Assembly: GCA_043228905.1 (NCBI GenBank)
Contig: JBHGNT010000001.1
Span: 16,802,001 to 16,866,000 of the forward strand
DNA: 64,000 bases
From: Azolla caroliniana
Taxonomy: Eukaryota; Plantae; Polypodiophyta
Direction: 5' to 3'
Of the stretch, positions 45,561 through 56,840 are shown piece after piece. Made by a program: the position numbers and the translations under genes. Each line of letters starts with the position of its first letter. The stretch's first letter is position 1. The notes below the pieces were generated by a model that did not search any database, was not told the origin of the DNA, and worked only from the letters and a program-made list of their open reading frames with translations.

Positions 45561-47426
45561 ACATTTATGTCTCTTTATCCGGCTCTTCCTTGCCGGTATG
45601 CCGTTTTCTTCCTTGCCGGTATGCCGTTTTCTTCCGGTTCTCACCGAGCACTCCATTCTCTATACGGAGGGACAAAAATATAATTTCCACATAGTGTACA
45701 ACCTACACTACGACAACGTGGGAGAGGGTGTGGAGAAAGCGACCCTCTCGTCTTGCGGTGAATGGACGGCCATGGATGAGGCCGGTGACTACGGAGCGGG
45801 GAGCGCCACTTCGAGAGTGGGGGAAGGATTCGGGACCCGGTGGCCCGAAACATCAAGTGTGGAGGAGACAAGCGGTGGTGACGGGACCTTACCCACACCG
45901 ATTCTGGAGACTCCGGCGTCCGGCCCGAGAGCCAGTGTAATGCCTAGAGTGATGAACGGTGGCGGCGGCAAGGCGGGCAACCAAGATGACGGCAAGGAGA
46001 TTGAGGAAGAGGAGGCAGCAAGCATAATCGAGGCTTCCGCTATTGGAGACAGGGTAGCCATGAACAGTGACGTCCGGATGAAGATGGCTACGGACATAAC
46101 GAGGGTGGTGCCGGGATCTTACCCCCACCGGTTCTAGAGACTCCGGTATGAGACCTAGAGTGACGGACGGTGGCGGCGACAAGGCGGGTGACCAAAACAA
46201 AGAGGAGGATGCAAAGGCCCGGAACGAGCATATATGAAAGGACCGAAGGGGAGGCCGAGAGCGGCAACAAGGAGAGAGCCGGGAACCGATCCGACCGGAA
46301 GGCGAACTAGGAAAAGAATGAAGCAGGGGCCAGTCAACCGGGCCCGAACCGAAGAAGAGCTGGCAAGACCGGAAGTGTTCGGCCGAACCCTTACCAGCCG
46401 GTTATGATTATGGAAGGAAGCCGACCAAACCGGAACATGATCGATCGGGACCAAACCGGGCAAGGACCAAGCTGGCATGATTGGAAATCGGGGAGGATGA
46501 GTCACAACACATGGTGGGAGACGGTGAGCGCGAGAAGGAGGCCAAGCGGGCATGACGACTACGGTTCCGTGAAAGACCGGAAATGGGCGGGACACTCCAC
46601 ACCTATTCTAGAGACTTCGGCGGTTGCGGATCAACGTAGGACCAGAGAGATAGTGAGTGGCGGCAAGGAGTTAGTTACCACAATGGGTATCCGGTATGAA
46701 ATAATGGACGAGCAGGGCCAACACGGCAAGCCCGCGATGGAACAGGCTACGACAACAAAGGGAGAAGAGGCCGACGCGGAGGTCGGGTCTACGACGAGTG
46801 AAGGGCGTTAAACGGAGCATGCAGTACAGCCGGCAAAGGGCCAAGAAGCAAGCATGCACCTGGAAGAGCGGCAACGAGTGACCGGCAATGACGGGCCGGT
46901 CGAGCCTTTGAGAGGCAAGCACGCGGCCAGAGACGGAGCGGTAAGGTGCCGTGATCGTCGGATGAACAGCGGGAGAGAACGATGGTGCGCGGAGAACAAA
47001 AGGGTACACGTCGAGAAGAGAAAGTGTGGCGTCCCAGAGGACATGCGAGGCCAAGAGGGCGCATGTCAAGGCGAAGCGGTAACGCAAGGCGCGGAATCCG
47101 GCGTACAACCGACGTGACCGGGGGCCCAATCGAAGGGCATACATGGCGGACAAAGTCTGAGTGGCCGGGTCGACAACGGCGTCCAGGAGGACCAATCGGG
47201 GAGGAAGGTGCAAACGTCGGATATGACGGATCGGATGGAGTCGGTGGTTCGGGGACCCGCAGTGGTCCTGGTGGATCAGATGGAGCCAACGGATCGGGGC
47301 CGGAAGGAGCCGGCAAGGCGGTCGGCTGTCGGGCCGGTGGAGGACCTGGTTGATCACCGTCGCCAAAATCTCTCACCTTTTCCCTCTTGGCCCATATCGG
47401 TGGATGTGCGGTTTGGTGGGGGCGGA

Positions 47427-48116
47427 TGTTGTGAAGATTTACGGCTACGGTGAGAAAACCGGGAGGGACAAATAAAATGGGGATGTGCAACGTTGCACAT
47501 GCACTTGTAAATTTGTGTAATAAGAATAAATAAACAAAATGTAATGGGAAGGGTAATAATCTAAGATGCTAAAGGTGCACCACGAAGTTCGTAGAGGCGT
47601 AAATGTATGTGCACTTTGTAGAGTACGATGTGAGTAATGGGCCTAGTAGTATGTGTGAGGAGTGGGAGCTAAGGCCCCATCAATCCCTCCTCCTAGAATC
47701 TAAGCAAATATCCCCATTTAATAAAGGGGATATTTAGTCTCTCCTTTTTGTAACAGCTTTGAGAAAGGGGAGAAAGGGGCACCATTGAGGGGGTTGCCTA
47801 TTTTGAGTGAGAAGAGGTCGAGGGTTTCTATTCGGTTTAGGGTTTCTTCTAGAGTTTCATCATCTCTTTCTTTATTTATCCGATTAGGGTTTACATTCTA
47901 CTTATGTTTTGAGTCCGGCCCACGCGGTCGCGGTTGTAATCGCTTTGCGGCTTTCATGCCCATGATATACATAACTTCAGAAATCTTGTCTCTTTCTACT
48001 TTTTCTACCGTGTTAATCTCTTTCACTTTGCTCATACCCATCTTCCCATCTACTCCCTAGTCCGAGGCCCCTGTGGTCCCGCCTTATTTTACACGCATGC
48101 GCGTAAATACGCGACA
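47427..48116 (+). repeat. 3' LTR of G
   Basis: TGTTGTG after PPT, ends CGCGACA; CCTAGTCC..GTGGTCCC shared with H/J U5. Confidence 0.8.
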
Positions 48117-51103
48117 ACGTGCATGCTCCAAGGAACCTTCGGACCTCTGTTTGGGTTACGCATTCTTCTTTCATGTCTTGGATTGCATTCACCTTGGATG
48201 GCGAAGGCTTCCGACCGTATGCTCCACACAAGTGACCTACTACCAAGATCTCCGGTTGCCCGAATGCGGATTTTTCTCCCGAAAATGTCAAATTCGCATC
48301 TTCGAGCCTTTGGAGCACCTTCTCGCAATCTTTCATATGATCTATGAAGAACTTTCTGCATCCATCCTTATATTTTGATTCATCCTTCTCTTCATCCGAA
48401 CATCCTTTTATCGGAATATCATCCAAGAATGGCATCGTGATATCCAGGATGCAATCCTTCAAGACCTTGTTCATGGCATTCACTATATGAGCCACCGAGT
48501 TCGTCGCACATTGAGGTAAGGTACACATCCGCACTAACCCGATAGGAGTTCTCATGGTTGTAATGTCATGACTGTCAACCGCCAACTGGAATTGATCATA
48601 GCCAAAGTAGAGATCACCAATGGAGTAGATGGACTAGCCTGCAAACGCCTCAGCAAATTCATCCACACTCGGACCGATTCTAGCATTCTGAATTGTCACC
48701 TTGTTGACAGGTTGAAGATCTTGAATGAATCGAAACGATCCATTCTTCTTCGGCACCGTGAACCATCTATTAGAATAAGGAGCATTCGACGGTTCCAAAA
48801 TTCCCATCCTCACCTTCTCCTTTAAGAGTTCGATCAGCTTCGGTAGGTGTGCTCTCGGAACCGGTATCGGTTTCAAATTCCAAGGCACATGTGGCACCAT
48901 GAAGATCACCATCGGTTCTACCAACCTTGGATTAGCACATCTGATTTCTTGTGGGAAAAATGCGAAAGCCTTCCCATGTCATTCAAGCATTCTGCGGAAC
49001 ATTTGCTCCTCTTCAGGAAGGAGGAAATCCTCCCTTCCAACTCGTAGCTTTCCCTTCGTCTCTTCAATGAAGACATGGCCAATTGTATTTGGGTTCCTTA
49101 AGCTTGGATCTTCTACAACTTCCTTCACCTTCTGCCAGCTATCTTCCGGTAGTGGTACTGCAACTGGCTTGATCTTCCTATCCACGGTTTTATATTTTAT
49201 GTTGACTTCAGCTTCCTCTATCAAGATGCCTGGATGATATTCATCGATGATAGCATACATGTTGATGAAGTTAACCGAAATCACATGTTGATGGTGAGGA
49301 TAGCTCAAGTTCATGACTTCCTCGATTTCGCCGATGGTGTCGTTAAATGAGGCTTCCTCCTCAATATAAGACACAAATTCTTCTTCTTCGATTATGCTTT
49401 CTTCTTTCAGCACCTCCTCGAAGTCTTGTATCTGACACTTTTCCTTCTTGTTGAGTAGTCTTAGTTTGCATGCGCCGCTAGGTGTGACGCATGTTGCTTC
49501 TCCTTGCAATCCACGCACTTTGCTTCCTTGTGGGGACTTATGATTGCTCGGACTATTTGTGCCCCATGCTTCAATAGTACACTTTAAAAATCCGAGGATT
49601 CGCCTCCAAGGCTATCTCGGTTCCTTTCATGATTAGCTCGCACCGTTTGGAATTGAACAGATCTTTTACTATCAATACTCTTGACGCGTGCGAAGGCTGC
49701 TCCATTATCAATACTGTCTCCATCCGGGACGATATTATATACGGTTGTCCTAGGATGATAGGATGCGAAGCCAAGTCTTGCACGAAGAAGTGTTTATCAA
49801 TCTCCACATCCCCGATCGTGACTTTAACGTTGGGGCAAGCTCCGTACAAGTCCTCCGTAGCCTTCGTTGCCACTCAAATCTTCCATCTGTGGTTTGTATT
49901 AATCGGCCATCTTCCTTTCTTGTAGAACTCGATCGACATGAGGTTGATCTCCGAGCCATGGTCAATCAAGGCTACCATGGTTTCTTTCTTCTCCCCAATC
50001 TTCACCAGCGTCTCCGTTGTCGCTCTTGCCCAATGAGGTCGAGAGTAATGGCTATCTGCCACCACTTCTTCTTCCTCCTCCTCTTCTGATCTTTCCATGG
50101 TTATGGCACTTGTTTTCACCTCCTCTTCATCAGATTGTTTCCGCTTCCTTTTAATAAGGTCCACGATAGTATCGTGGAACTCCTTCGCGATCCCAAGCAG
50201 TTCTCTCAAAGTAAGGTCAACATGACTGTCTAAAACCTTCTCCTCAAGGACCTTCTGCAAGTCAGTTGTTTGTTCTATGTCCGATCTTAGCTTGTAAGGC
50301 GGTGCCGCTCGTTCTTTTCCTTTCTTCGTTGATTCTTCGACTTCCATCCGAGCAAGTTGGCTCGATCGACTAGGCTTCATGCTTGTTTCTCCAACCTCTT
50401 TTCGTGGTGTAGGTGGGACTTGCCCTTCTTTCCCTTTGTTCCTCATGTTGGGACGCTTTGATGTGCCATCTTCTTCACCGGTTCTTTTCCTCTTCTCTTC
50501 GACAAGAGCTTCATAGTTGTCGCACACTACCTCCGCAAAGCTTGTGTTTTCGTCAACTCGATCTGACCATCCGGTAACTCATCGCACATTCTGATCAGCA
50601 TGGTTTAGATCTTCCGAATCAATTTTTCCTTTTTCCTCGCACTCAAAGACCGTCGGCCAAAACCCAGCTTTTGACTTGATCATCTTTAGATTCTCTTTTC
50701 CAACTCGTATCCCGGCCGATGCAGCATAGTGCATAGCTTCCACATGCCTTGCATCTTCCTCTTCTACAATCTTTTTCAGCCCGCCTCTTCCAAACTTCAC
50801 TCGTAGTGGCTTCTGGGTCTCGCTCGAGTGGATCATGTTGCCATCCAAATAGATGACATTCTTGTGAATCATGTCTTGCAAGTCAGTGCATTCCCTTCAT
50901 GAGTGCTCGAAGCTGTCGCACCACACACATCTATACGCTTCTTTTCCCTTGGGCCCACATCGACCTAAGTTGGCCAGCGATACCGCTTCAAATTTCTTGG
51001 AGAGCTCTTCGATTATAGAGTCCTCCATTTCTTTCTTGTCGAAATTGTTGATCGGCTTGTTAGGCTCAACCGTCACAGGTGCTTTCCTCCTCCATGTTTG
51101 TAG
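48117..51103 (-). mobile_element. Fragment I: divergent H/J-lineage gypsy (gag end, PR, RT), cut by G and K
   Basis: ALIDHGSEINLM, KYKTVDRKIKP, LPQCATNS, FLDD. Confidence 0.9.
49530..49593 (-). promoter_or_regulatory. -1 frameshift signal of I
   Basis: GGATTTT TAA, ACTATT/AATAGT stem, TGGGG..CCCCA. Confidence 0.6.
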
Positions 51104-53538
51104 TGTTACCCGGCCGGCAAAGAAGGCTTAAGGATATCCAGACCAGAGTGTGAAAGGAATAGTTTATTCAGGAACTATTGTAATTATTTTATTAATATGG
51201 ACAGACGGACCGGAATCGGTATGCCGATCCGGATCCGGACCGATTCCGAATAGGTGCCGGTTGGCACTGTTTTGTACTTTGCACCGGAGACCTATATAAA
51301 GGCCCGGTTACAATGTAATTGACAACGGATAATTAATAGAACTTATTTGCCTTAACCTTTCAGTATTGATTACCGTTCTGTACTCATTGTTACGGAGGAA
51401 GAAACACGGGTTATATTCTTAGCCGCGCTCCGGGAACCTCTACGAACGGTATGCACGGTCATCGACTTTCGAAGAAGCACCGTCGACCAGGTCATCGACC
51501 GGGTTAGAGAAAAGGAGAAAACGAGCTCTTGGCTAACAATGGGAGCCCTCCAACGAGAGTTACCAACCGATGAGGATCTCTGGTTCCAGCAAGCAATCCA
51601 ATGCACGACCTGCTTGAATTCCGGACACTCGGCACTGGAGTGCACCATGCGAACGCACTGCTTACTCTGCCAATCTACGAGCCACATGATGGACCAGTGC
51701 GAATATAACTTATTGAATCGGCAACCACCACCATTCCGGCACATCGAGCCACGTAGCAGCTGAGACGAAGAAGACGAATGCTGGCAGCGAGAGGAGCGAT
51801 ATCGACTGGCCCAGGATGTCCGATACGGCAATCGGCGAGACAACTATGACTGGTACGAGAAATATGATAGGTACCGAGATTACATGGGACGGTACGAGCA
51901 TTACAACCGGGATCACTCCCCTGGGTATCACCAACGATGGGAAGATTATGGGAGATATAACGACCAACCCCGTCAAGGGTACCGCAAAAAAAAGAACTTT
52001 AATAAAAAACAGCATTTCAAAAAAAGGAGCCACCCACGTGAACCGGAAAAAGGCGCCTCAAGCAGCCAACCGGACCAAAGCCCCGCGGTTACCATAGGTC
52101 CTCCACTGGGTACAGGAAACAATGCCGAATCCAGCAATACCCGGAAAGCATATTCCTATTATTGCCGGCAAGAAGGACATTATAGTAATCAATGTCCGGC
52201 AAAGAGCTATGACAAGCGACCGGCAGTAAACATGGTAGTCGTTGAAGTCGCAAACCTGCAACAGGTTACCACAAGGTCAAAAGGCAAGCCGATGGAATGG
52301 GAGACACAAGAGGCCATCCGGAAGCAGGCAACGGAATGGGTGAAGAAGGCAAATGACCAAAATGTAGGAGAACTTGCACAACAAAAGGAGAACACCGAAG
52401 AGCTCGTCGGCGGCAGTCAGACCGAAAATGCGACATGGCAAGCATTATAGGAGAGCCAAATCACGCTGCCATTAGGACGGCTCCTGCAACTAGTGCCCAG
52501 ATTCACAGAAGGACTCAAGACAGGCATGGAGGCAGGAGAAACACCACTGGCACCAACATTCTTCTCAAATCCGGAGGAGGGACCGACGGTGGTAGACACA
52601 AGCAATCCGGCGATCACAGCCATCATGAAGGGAAAGGAGTTACCCGGAACCGTAATAGATGGAGGATCCGGCGTCAATGTGATTAGCCTCTGAACATGCG
52701 CAACTTTGGGAATCCAAGAGTGGGAACCATGCTCGTTCTAGCTACTGATGGCGGATACAAGCTCAGTACGACCGACCGGCTTGATACGAGATTTGGAAGT
52801 AACAATTGGCAGCCACACATTTCGCATCTCGGTAGTAGTGCTACAATTACAGGCACAAGGAGCTTACCCGCTATTGCTAGGGCGGTCGTGGCTAAAAACG
52901 GCACACATTAAACAAAACTGGAGAAAAGCAAAAGTATGGGTACCGACACAACCACAGACGGGTACCAGGAAGGAATTAACACCCCTATATGCCGAATGTG
53001 TCAATATGCTGGACGGATTAGCAGACGAAGAGGTGGATCAATGCTTGCAAGATAATCCGAAGATAGTACCCCTGTTCGAAATTGACGTAGCTGAAGCCGT
53101 ATCACCATACATACTGCCACTGGACGGAATGGATGAAGAACCAAATAAAGAAGCGATCCGGGAGCTACGACAAGCACAAGAAGCGTTGGAAAGAGAAATG
53201 GTCGTATCACAACGGGTTAAAGCATCCCAACTAGAGGAGGTAAATCTAGGAACTACGGAAGAGGCGAGACCGGTGCAGATAGCCAAGGAAATCACTACGG
53301 AGAACAGAACGGAGATGATTACACTTCTCAAAGAGTTTCGGGACGTGTTTCCCTGGTCCTACGAGGATATGAGAGGGCTCGATCCTCAGCCATATCAGCA
53401 TCAGATACATTTGAGCAAAGACACCAAACCGGTAGCACAGCGACAATACAGGATGAATCCAAACTACGCCACCAAAGTCAAGGAGGAAATCGACAAGTTG
53501 CTGAGGGTTGGCTTTATCCGTCCCATAAAGAAATCTAC

Positions 53539-55434
53539 ATGCTGCGCCCGATAGTAGTCGTACCAAAGAAAAACGGCAAAATTAGAGTATGTGTCGACTA
53601 CCGGAAGCTTAATGCGGCGACGGTAACTGATGCATTTCCACTTCCATTTACGGATGGAGTTTTGGACGCAATCGTCGGCCATGAGGTATACAGTTTTTTA
53701 GACGGATTCAGCGGATACAACCAGATCCGGATGCACCCCGATGACCAGGAGAAAACGGCTTTAGACACTGAATGGGGAGTGTTTGTTGCCGTAGTGATGA
53801 TGTTCGAACTCAAAACGGCGCCAACAATGTTCCAGAGGATCATCATGGAAATATTCAGAGAATTCATACCAGCGTTCATGCAGGTGTTCCTCGACGAATT
53901 CGCCGTTTACAGCCGGGAAGGAGACCACCTTCAGCACCTCCGATTGTGTCTAGAAAAGTGTAGGGCTTACCGGCTAAGCCTGAATCCGGCGAAGTGTGTA
54001 TTCAGCGTGTCCAGCAGAACGCTACTAGGGCACATTGTGAGCAAGGAGGGCATCGCCGTGGATCCGGACAAAGTAAAAGCAATCCTAGAGGCACCGGCGC
54101 CAACAACGGCAAAGGCATTGAGCCGTTTTTTAGGCCAAATCCGTTGGCATAGCCGAATGCTCCGGTATTTGGCGGATCTAGCTACACCACTGCATGTTGC
54201 GGTACACCGAACACCGTTCCAGTGGACCGACACCGAAGACAAGGCATACCAGGCACTCAAAGTTCTATTGTCGCAAGCGCCGGTAGTGCAACCCCCGGAT
54301 TGGGCGAAGGAATTTCATTTGTTCGTGGACGCGTCCGACATTGCAATCGGGAGCGCGCTGATGCAACTTACGGAGCCAAGATGGTACCGGCCCGTATATT
54401 ACGGCAGCCGGAAGTTATCCCAAGCCGAACGAAATTATTCCACCACGGAAAGGGAAGCTTTAGGCATGATCTACAGCGTAACAAAATTCAGGCATTATTT
54501 ATTGGGAAGAAAGTTTTCCTTCCATGTAGATCATTCGGCACTCCTCTACCTAGTGTCCAAAGCGTCACTTACCGGTAAGTTGGCCCAGTGGAATTTGCTA
54601 TTACAGGAATTCGAATTCGAGATATTCCACCGACCCGGCATACAGCATGCGTTAGCAGATTATTTAAGCCGGTTAGATTTCAGCGAAACCTGCAACGGAG
54701 TACCGGACGAGTTTCCGAATGCTGAGCTATTTCGAGTCACTGCGGAAATGGCAACAAATGAAACGGTGGCACCAGAAGCTAAGTGGCTAACAAATATGCA
54801 CCAATTTCTAAGCACTGGATTGCTTCCGGAGGAGATGAACCGGGACGAGAGGAAACGCCTGGCAGTACAAAGCCGTCACTTCTGTTTATTACGAGACATG
54901 CTATACCACAAAGGTGCGGACGGTATATGGCGACGAGCGGTGCGCAGCGACGAGAAAGAGGTAATACTACGGGAAGCACACTGCGGAGTCGCCGGAGGCC
55001 ATTATGCCGGGGATGCTACGGCAAGGAAGATATGGCAAAGTGGCCTACGGTGGCCGACTACATTGAAAGATGCAGTCCGGTACGCAAAAGAGTGTGATCT
55101 ATGCCAGCCAACGGAACAAGCTAGGATGTCGCACCAGCCAGTACTACCGCTAGAACCATTTCAGAAATGGGGACTAGATTTTGTCGGACCATTTAAACCA
55201 CCGGCAATGAGAACTGGGAACCGGTATGTGATCGTCGTGATGGACTACTACACTAAATGGGTGGAAGCCAAAGCCCTACGAGACAGACAACATTGTGGTG
55301 TCGATGGCAAAATTCTTATAGGAATACATTTGGTGTCGGTATGGATGCCCCATAGAGCTGATAAGCGACCAAGGAGGGCACTTTCTTGGACAGGTAGTGG
55401 AGAGCTTGACGTCATTCTATGCGGTAGTACATAA
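53539..55434 (+). CDS. pol: K RT-RNase H-integrase N-part
   Basis: [33 protein letters not shown]. Confidence 0.9.
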   Translation: MLRPIVVVPKKNGKIRVCVDYRKLNAATVTDAFPLPFTDGVLDAIVGHEVYSFLDGFSGYNQIRMHPDDQEKTALDTEWGVFVAVVMMFELKTAPTMFQRIIMEIFREFIPAFMQVFLDEFAVYSREGDHLQHLRLCLEKCRAYRLSLNPAKCVFSVSSRTLLGHIVSKEGIAVDPDKVKAILEAPAPTTAKALSRFLGQIRWHSRMLRYLADLATPLHVAVHRTPFQWTDTEDKAYQALKVLLSQAPVVQPPDWAKEFHLFVDASDIAIGSALMQLTEPRWYRPVYYGSRKLSQAERNYSTTEREALGMIYSVTKFRHYLLGRKFSFHVDHSALLYLVSKASLTGKLAQWNLLLQEFEFEIFHRPGIQHALADYLSRLDFSETCNGVPDEFPNAELFRVTAEMATNETVAPEAKWLTNMHQFLSTGLLPEEMNRDERKRLAVQSRHFCLLRDMLYHKGADGIWRRAVRSDEKEVILREAHCGVAGGHYAGDATARKIWQSGLRWPTTLKDAVRYAKECDLCQPTEQARMSHQPVLPLEPFQKWGLDFVGPFKPPAMRTGNRYVIVVMDYYTKWVEAKALRDRQHCGVDGKILIGIHLVSVWMPHRADKRPRRALSWTGSGELDVILCGST

Positions 55435-55974
55435 ATGGAGCACCCCGTACTACCCACAAGACAACGGATTAGCTGAGTCAACAAACAAAACGCTACAGAA
55501 TATCCTACGCAAGATCGTCAATGAGAATCGAACAGATTGGGACACGAAGCTGCACAGTGCGCTCTAGGCTTACCGGACAACGTACAAAACAAGCATCCGA
55601 ACAACGCCGTTCCGGTTAGCATTCGGATTAGAGGCCGTCATGCCGATCGAGTTCCAGGTACCGAGCTTACGGATCTAGATTAGGGAATGACTTAATGAAA
55701 AGGAATCAGAGGAAATTCGGTTAAAGGCTCTGTGTGAGCTAGAAGAACACCGACTGGCGAGCATCATGCACCTGGAATTGGAACGGCGAAGGAAAGTGTT
55801 TGTAGATCGGCACCAAAAAGGAAATGAAAAGATGTTCGAAATCGGCAAGCCGGTACTAGTGTTCCAGACCCAGATGGGTAAAATGCCAGGCAAACTACGG
55901 TGTCGTAGTGTAATTCGCACACTATGTGAAAAATTACATTTTTGATCTCTCCGGATGGGACATGGAGTACCAGG

Positions 55975-56195
55975 TGAGAACCGGAAGAAGGAACCGGTAA
56001 GGACCGAAACCGGTAAGGAGACCCGGCAAGAGCTGGATGAAGAAGGCCGGTGAGAGTCGGTGAGAAACGGACGAAGAGATCGGTAAGGAGGTCCCGGTAA
56101 GAACCGGACAAAGAAAACTAGCAAGCACCGGATGAAGCAGAACCGGAAAGAGCCGGATGAAGAAGGCTGGTGAGAGTCTCTCACTGGATGAAGAG
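55975..56195 (+). repeat. CCGG-rich purine tandem repeats in J U3 (also about 62530-62750)
   Basis: Repeated (C)CGGATGAAG, CCGGTAAG, GGTGAGAG units. Confidence 0.8.
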
Positions 56196-56219
56196 ACATA
56201 TTTGTAAATAGAAGAAAGT

Positions 56220-56318
56220 AAAATATATATATATATATATATTACATGCATAGGGCAAGATTCGAACCTTGCACCTCCATGTTAATAATGTTAAGCCTTA
56301 TCATTATACTAGCGTATT
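56220..56318 (-). ncRNA. tRNA-like Pol III cassette in J 5' LTR (antisense)
   Basis: TAGTATAATGA..GGAGGTGCAAGGTTCGAATCTTGCCC, then (TA)n and TTTT. Confidence 0.5.
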
Positions 56319-56840
56319 ATGAATTTTAAAGTTATACTAAACTTTATTCCATGTAAAATTTCTAGACATGCATGGTACAAAAAGTTATTCATGCATAAAC
56401 ACTCGAGTTAAAAGAAAAGATGAGATAGAAAGCTAATCATGCACATGCAGTGTGCATGAAAACTAAAGATAGGAAAAGCATGATGCTTGCATGTGATAAA
56501 CTTAGACTCTTCCAACACTATATAAGGAAGAGAGAAAGATGTATAGAGTTGTTGATTATTTTTACAAGGGTTGATTAATATAATATAATCGTGGGATCCA
56601 CGAGTTTGCTAACTATTTTCCTCTCTTAATTTGAGTACTCACTAATACAATATACTCATGGGATTCACAAGTTTTTCATATCTTTCTTTCTTACAATATA
56701 TTTCATATTCTTAATTGCCTTAGAATTTTCTTTCCTCCTAGTCCAAAACCCCAGCGGTTCCCACCCGACTCACGCAACGATCCGGAGCCGCAAGGCACGA
56801 CACAAGTGGTGAACCCGACATGAAGACGGGTGGCAAGGAG

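Larger units (their letters stand above)
38438..45715 (-). mobile_element. tRNA-Trp-primed Ty3/gypsy H, young, nearly intact
   Basis: LTRs 44928-45715 and 38438-39248 nearly identical, TGTCGT..ACGACA ends, 4-bp TSD ACGT, PPT GGAGGGGGCGAG. Confidence 0.96.
37644..48116 (+). mobile_element. Element G: non-autonomous gag-only derivative of the H/J lineage, interrupted by H
   Basis: LTR remnant 37644-37820 matches part of LTR 47427-48116; Gag similarity DKVLLFLKSVD..GLTEDW; PPT context GGATGTGCGG..GGGGGCG shared with H and J. Confidence 0.8.

Noticed and set aside
47575-47600. B-box-like AAGTTCG in the G LTR
   Set aside because: Lacks the full GTTCRANNC and a correctly spaced A box
51211-51248. 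10-bp hairpin CGGAATCGGT/ACCGATTCCG in the K LTR
   Set aside because: Single copy in CCGG-rich sequence; conservation cannot be assessed here
51420-51437. Assigning a tRNA to the K PBS
   Set aside because: TAGCCGCGCTCCGGGAA only loosely resembles the Asp-type TGGCGCCGTTGCCGGGGA; too degenerate
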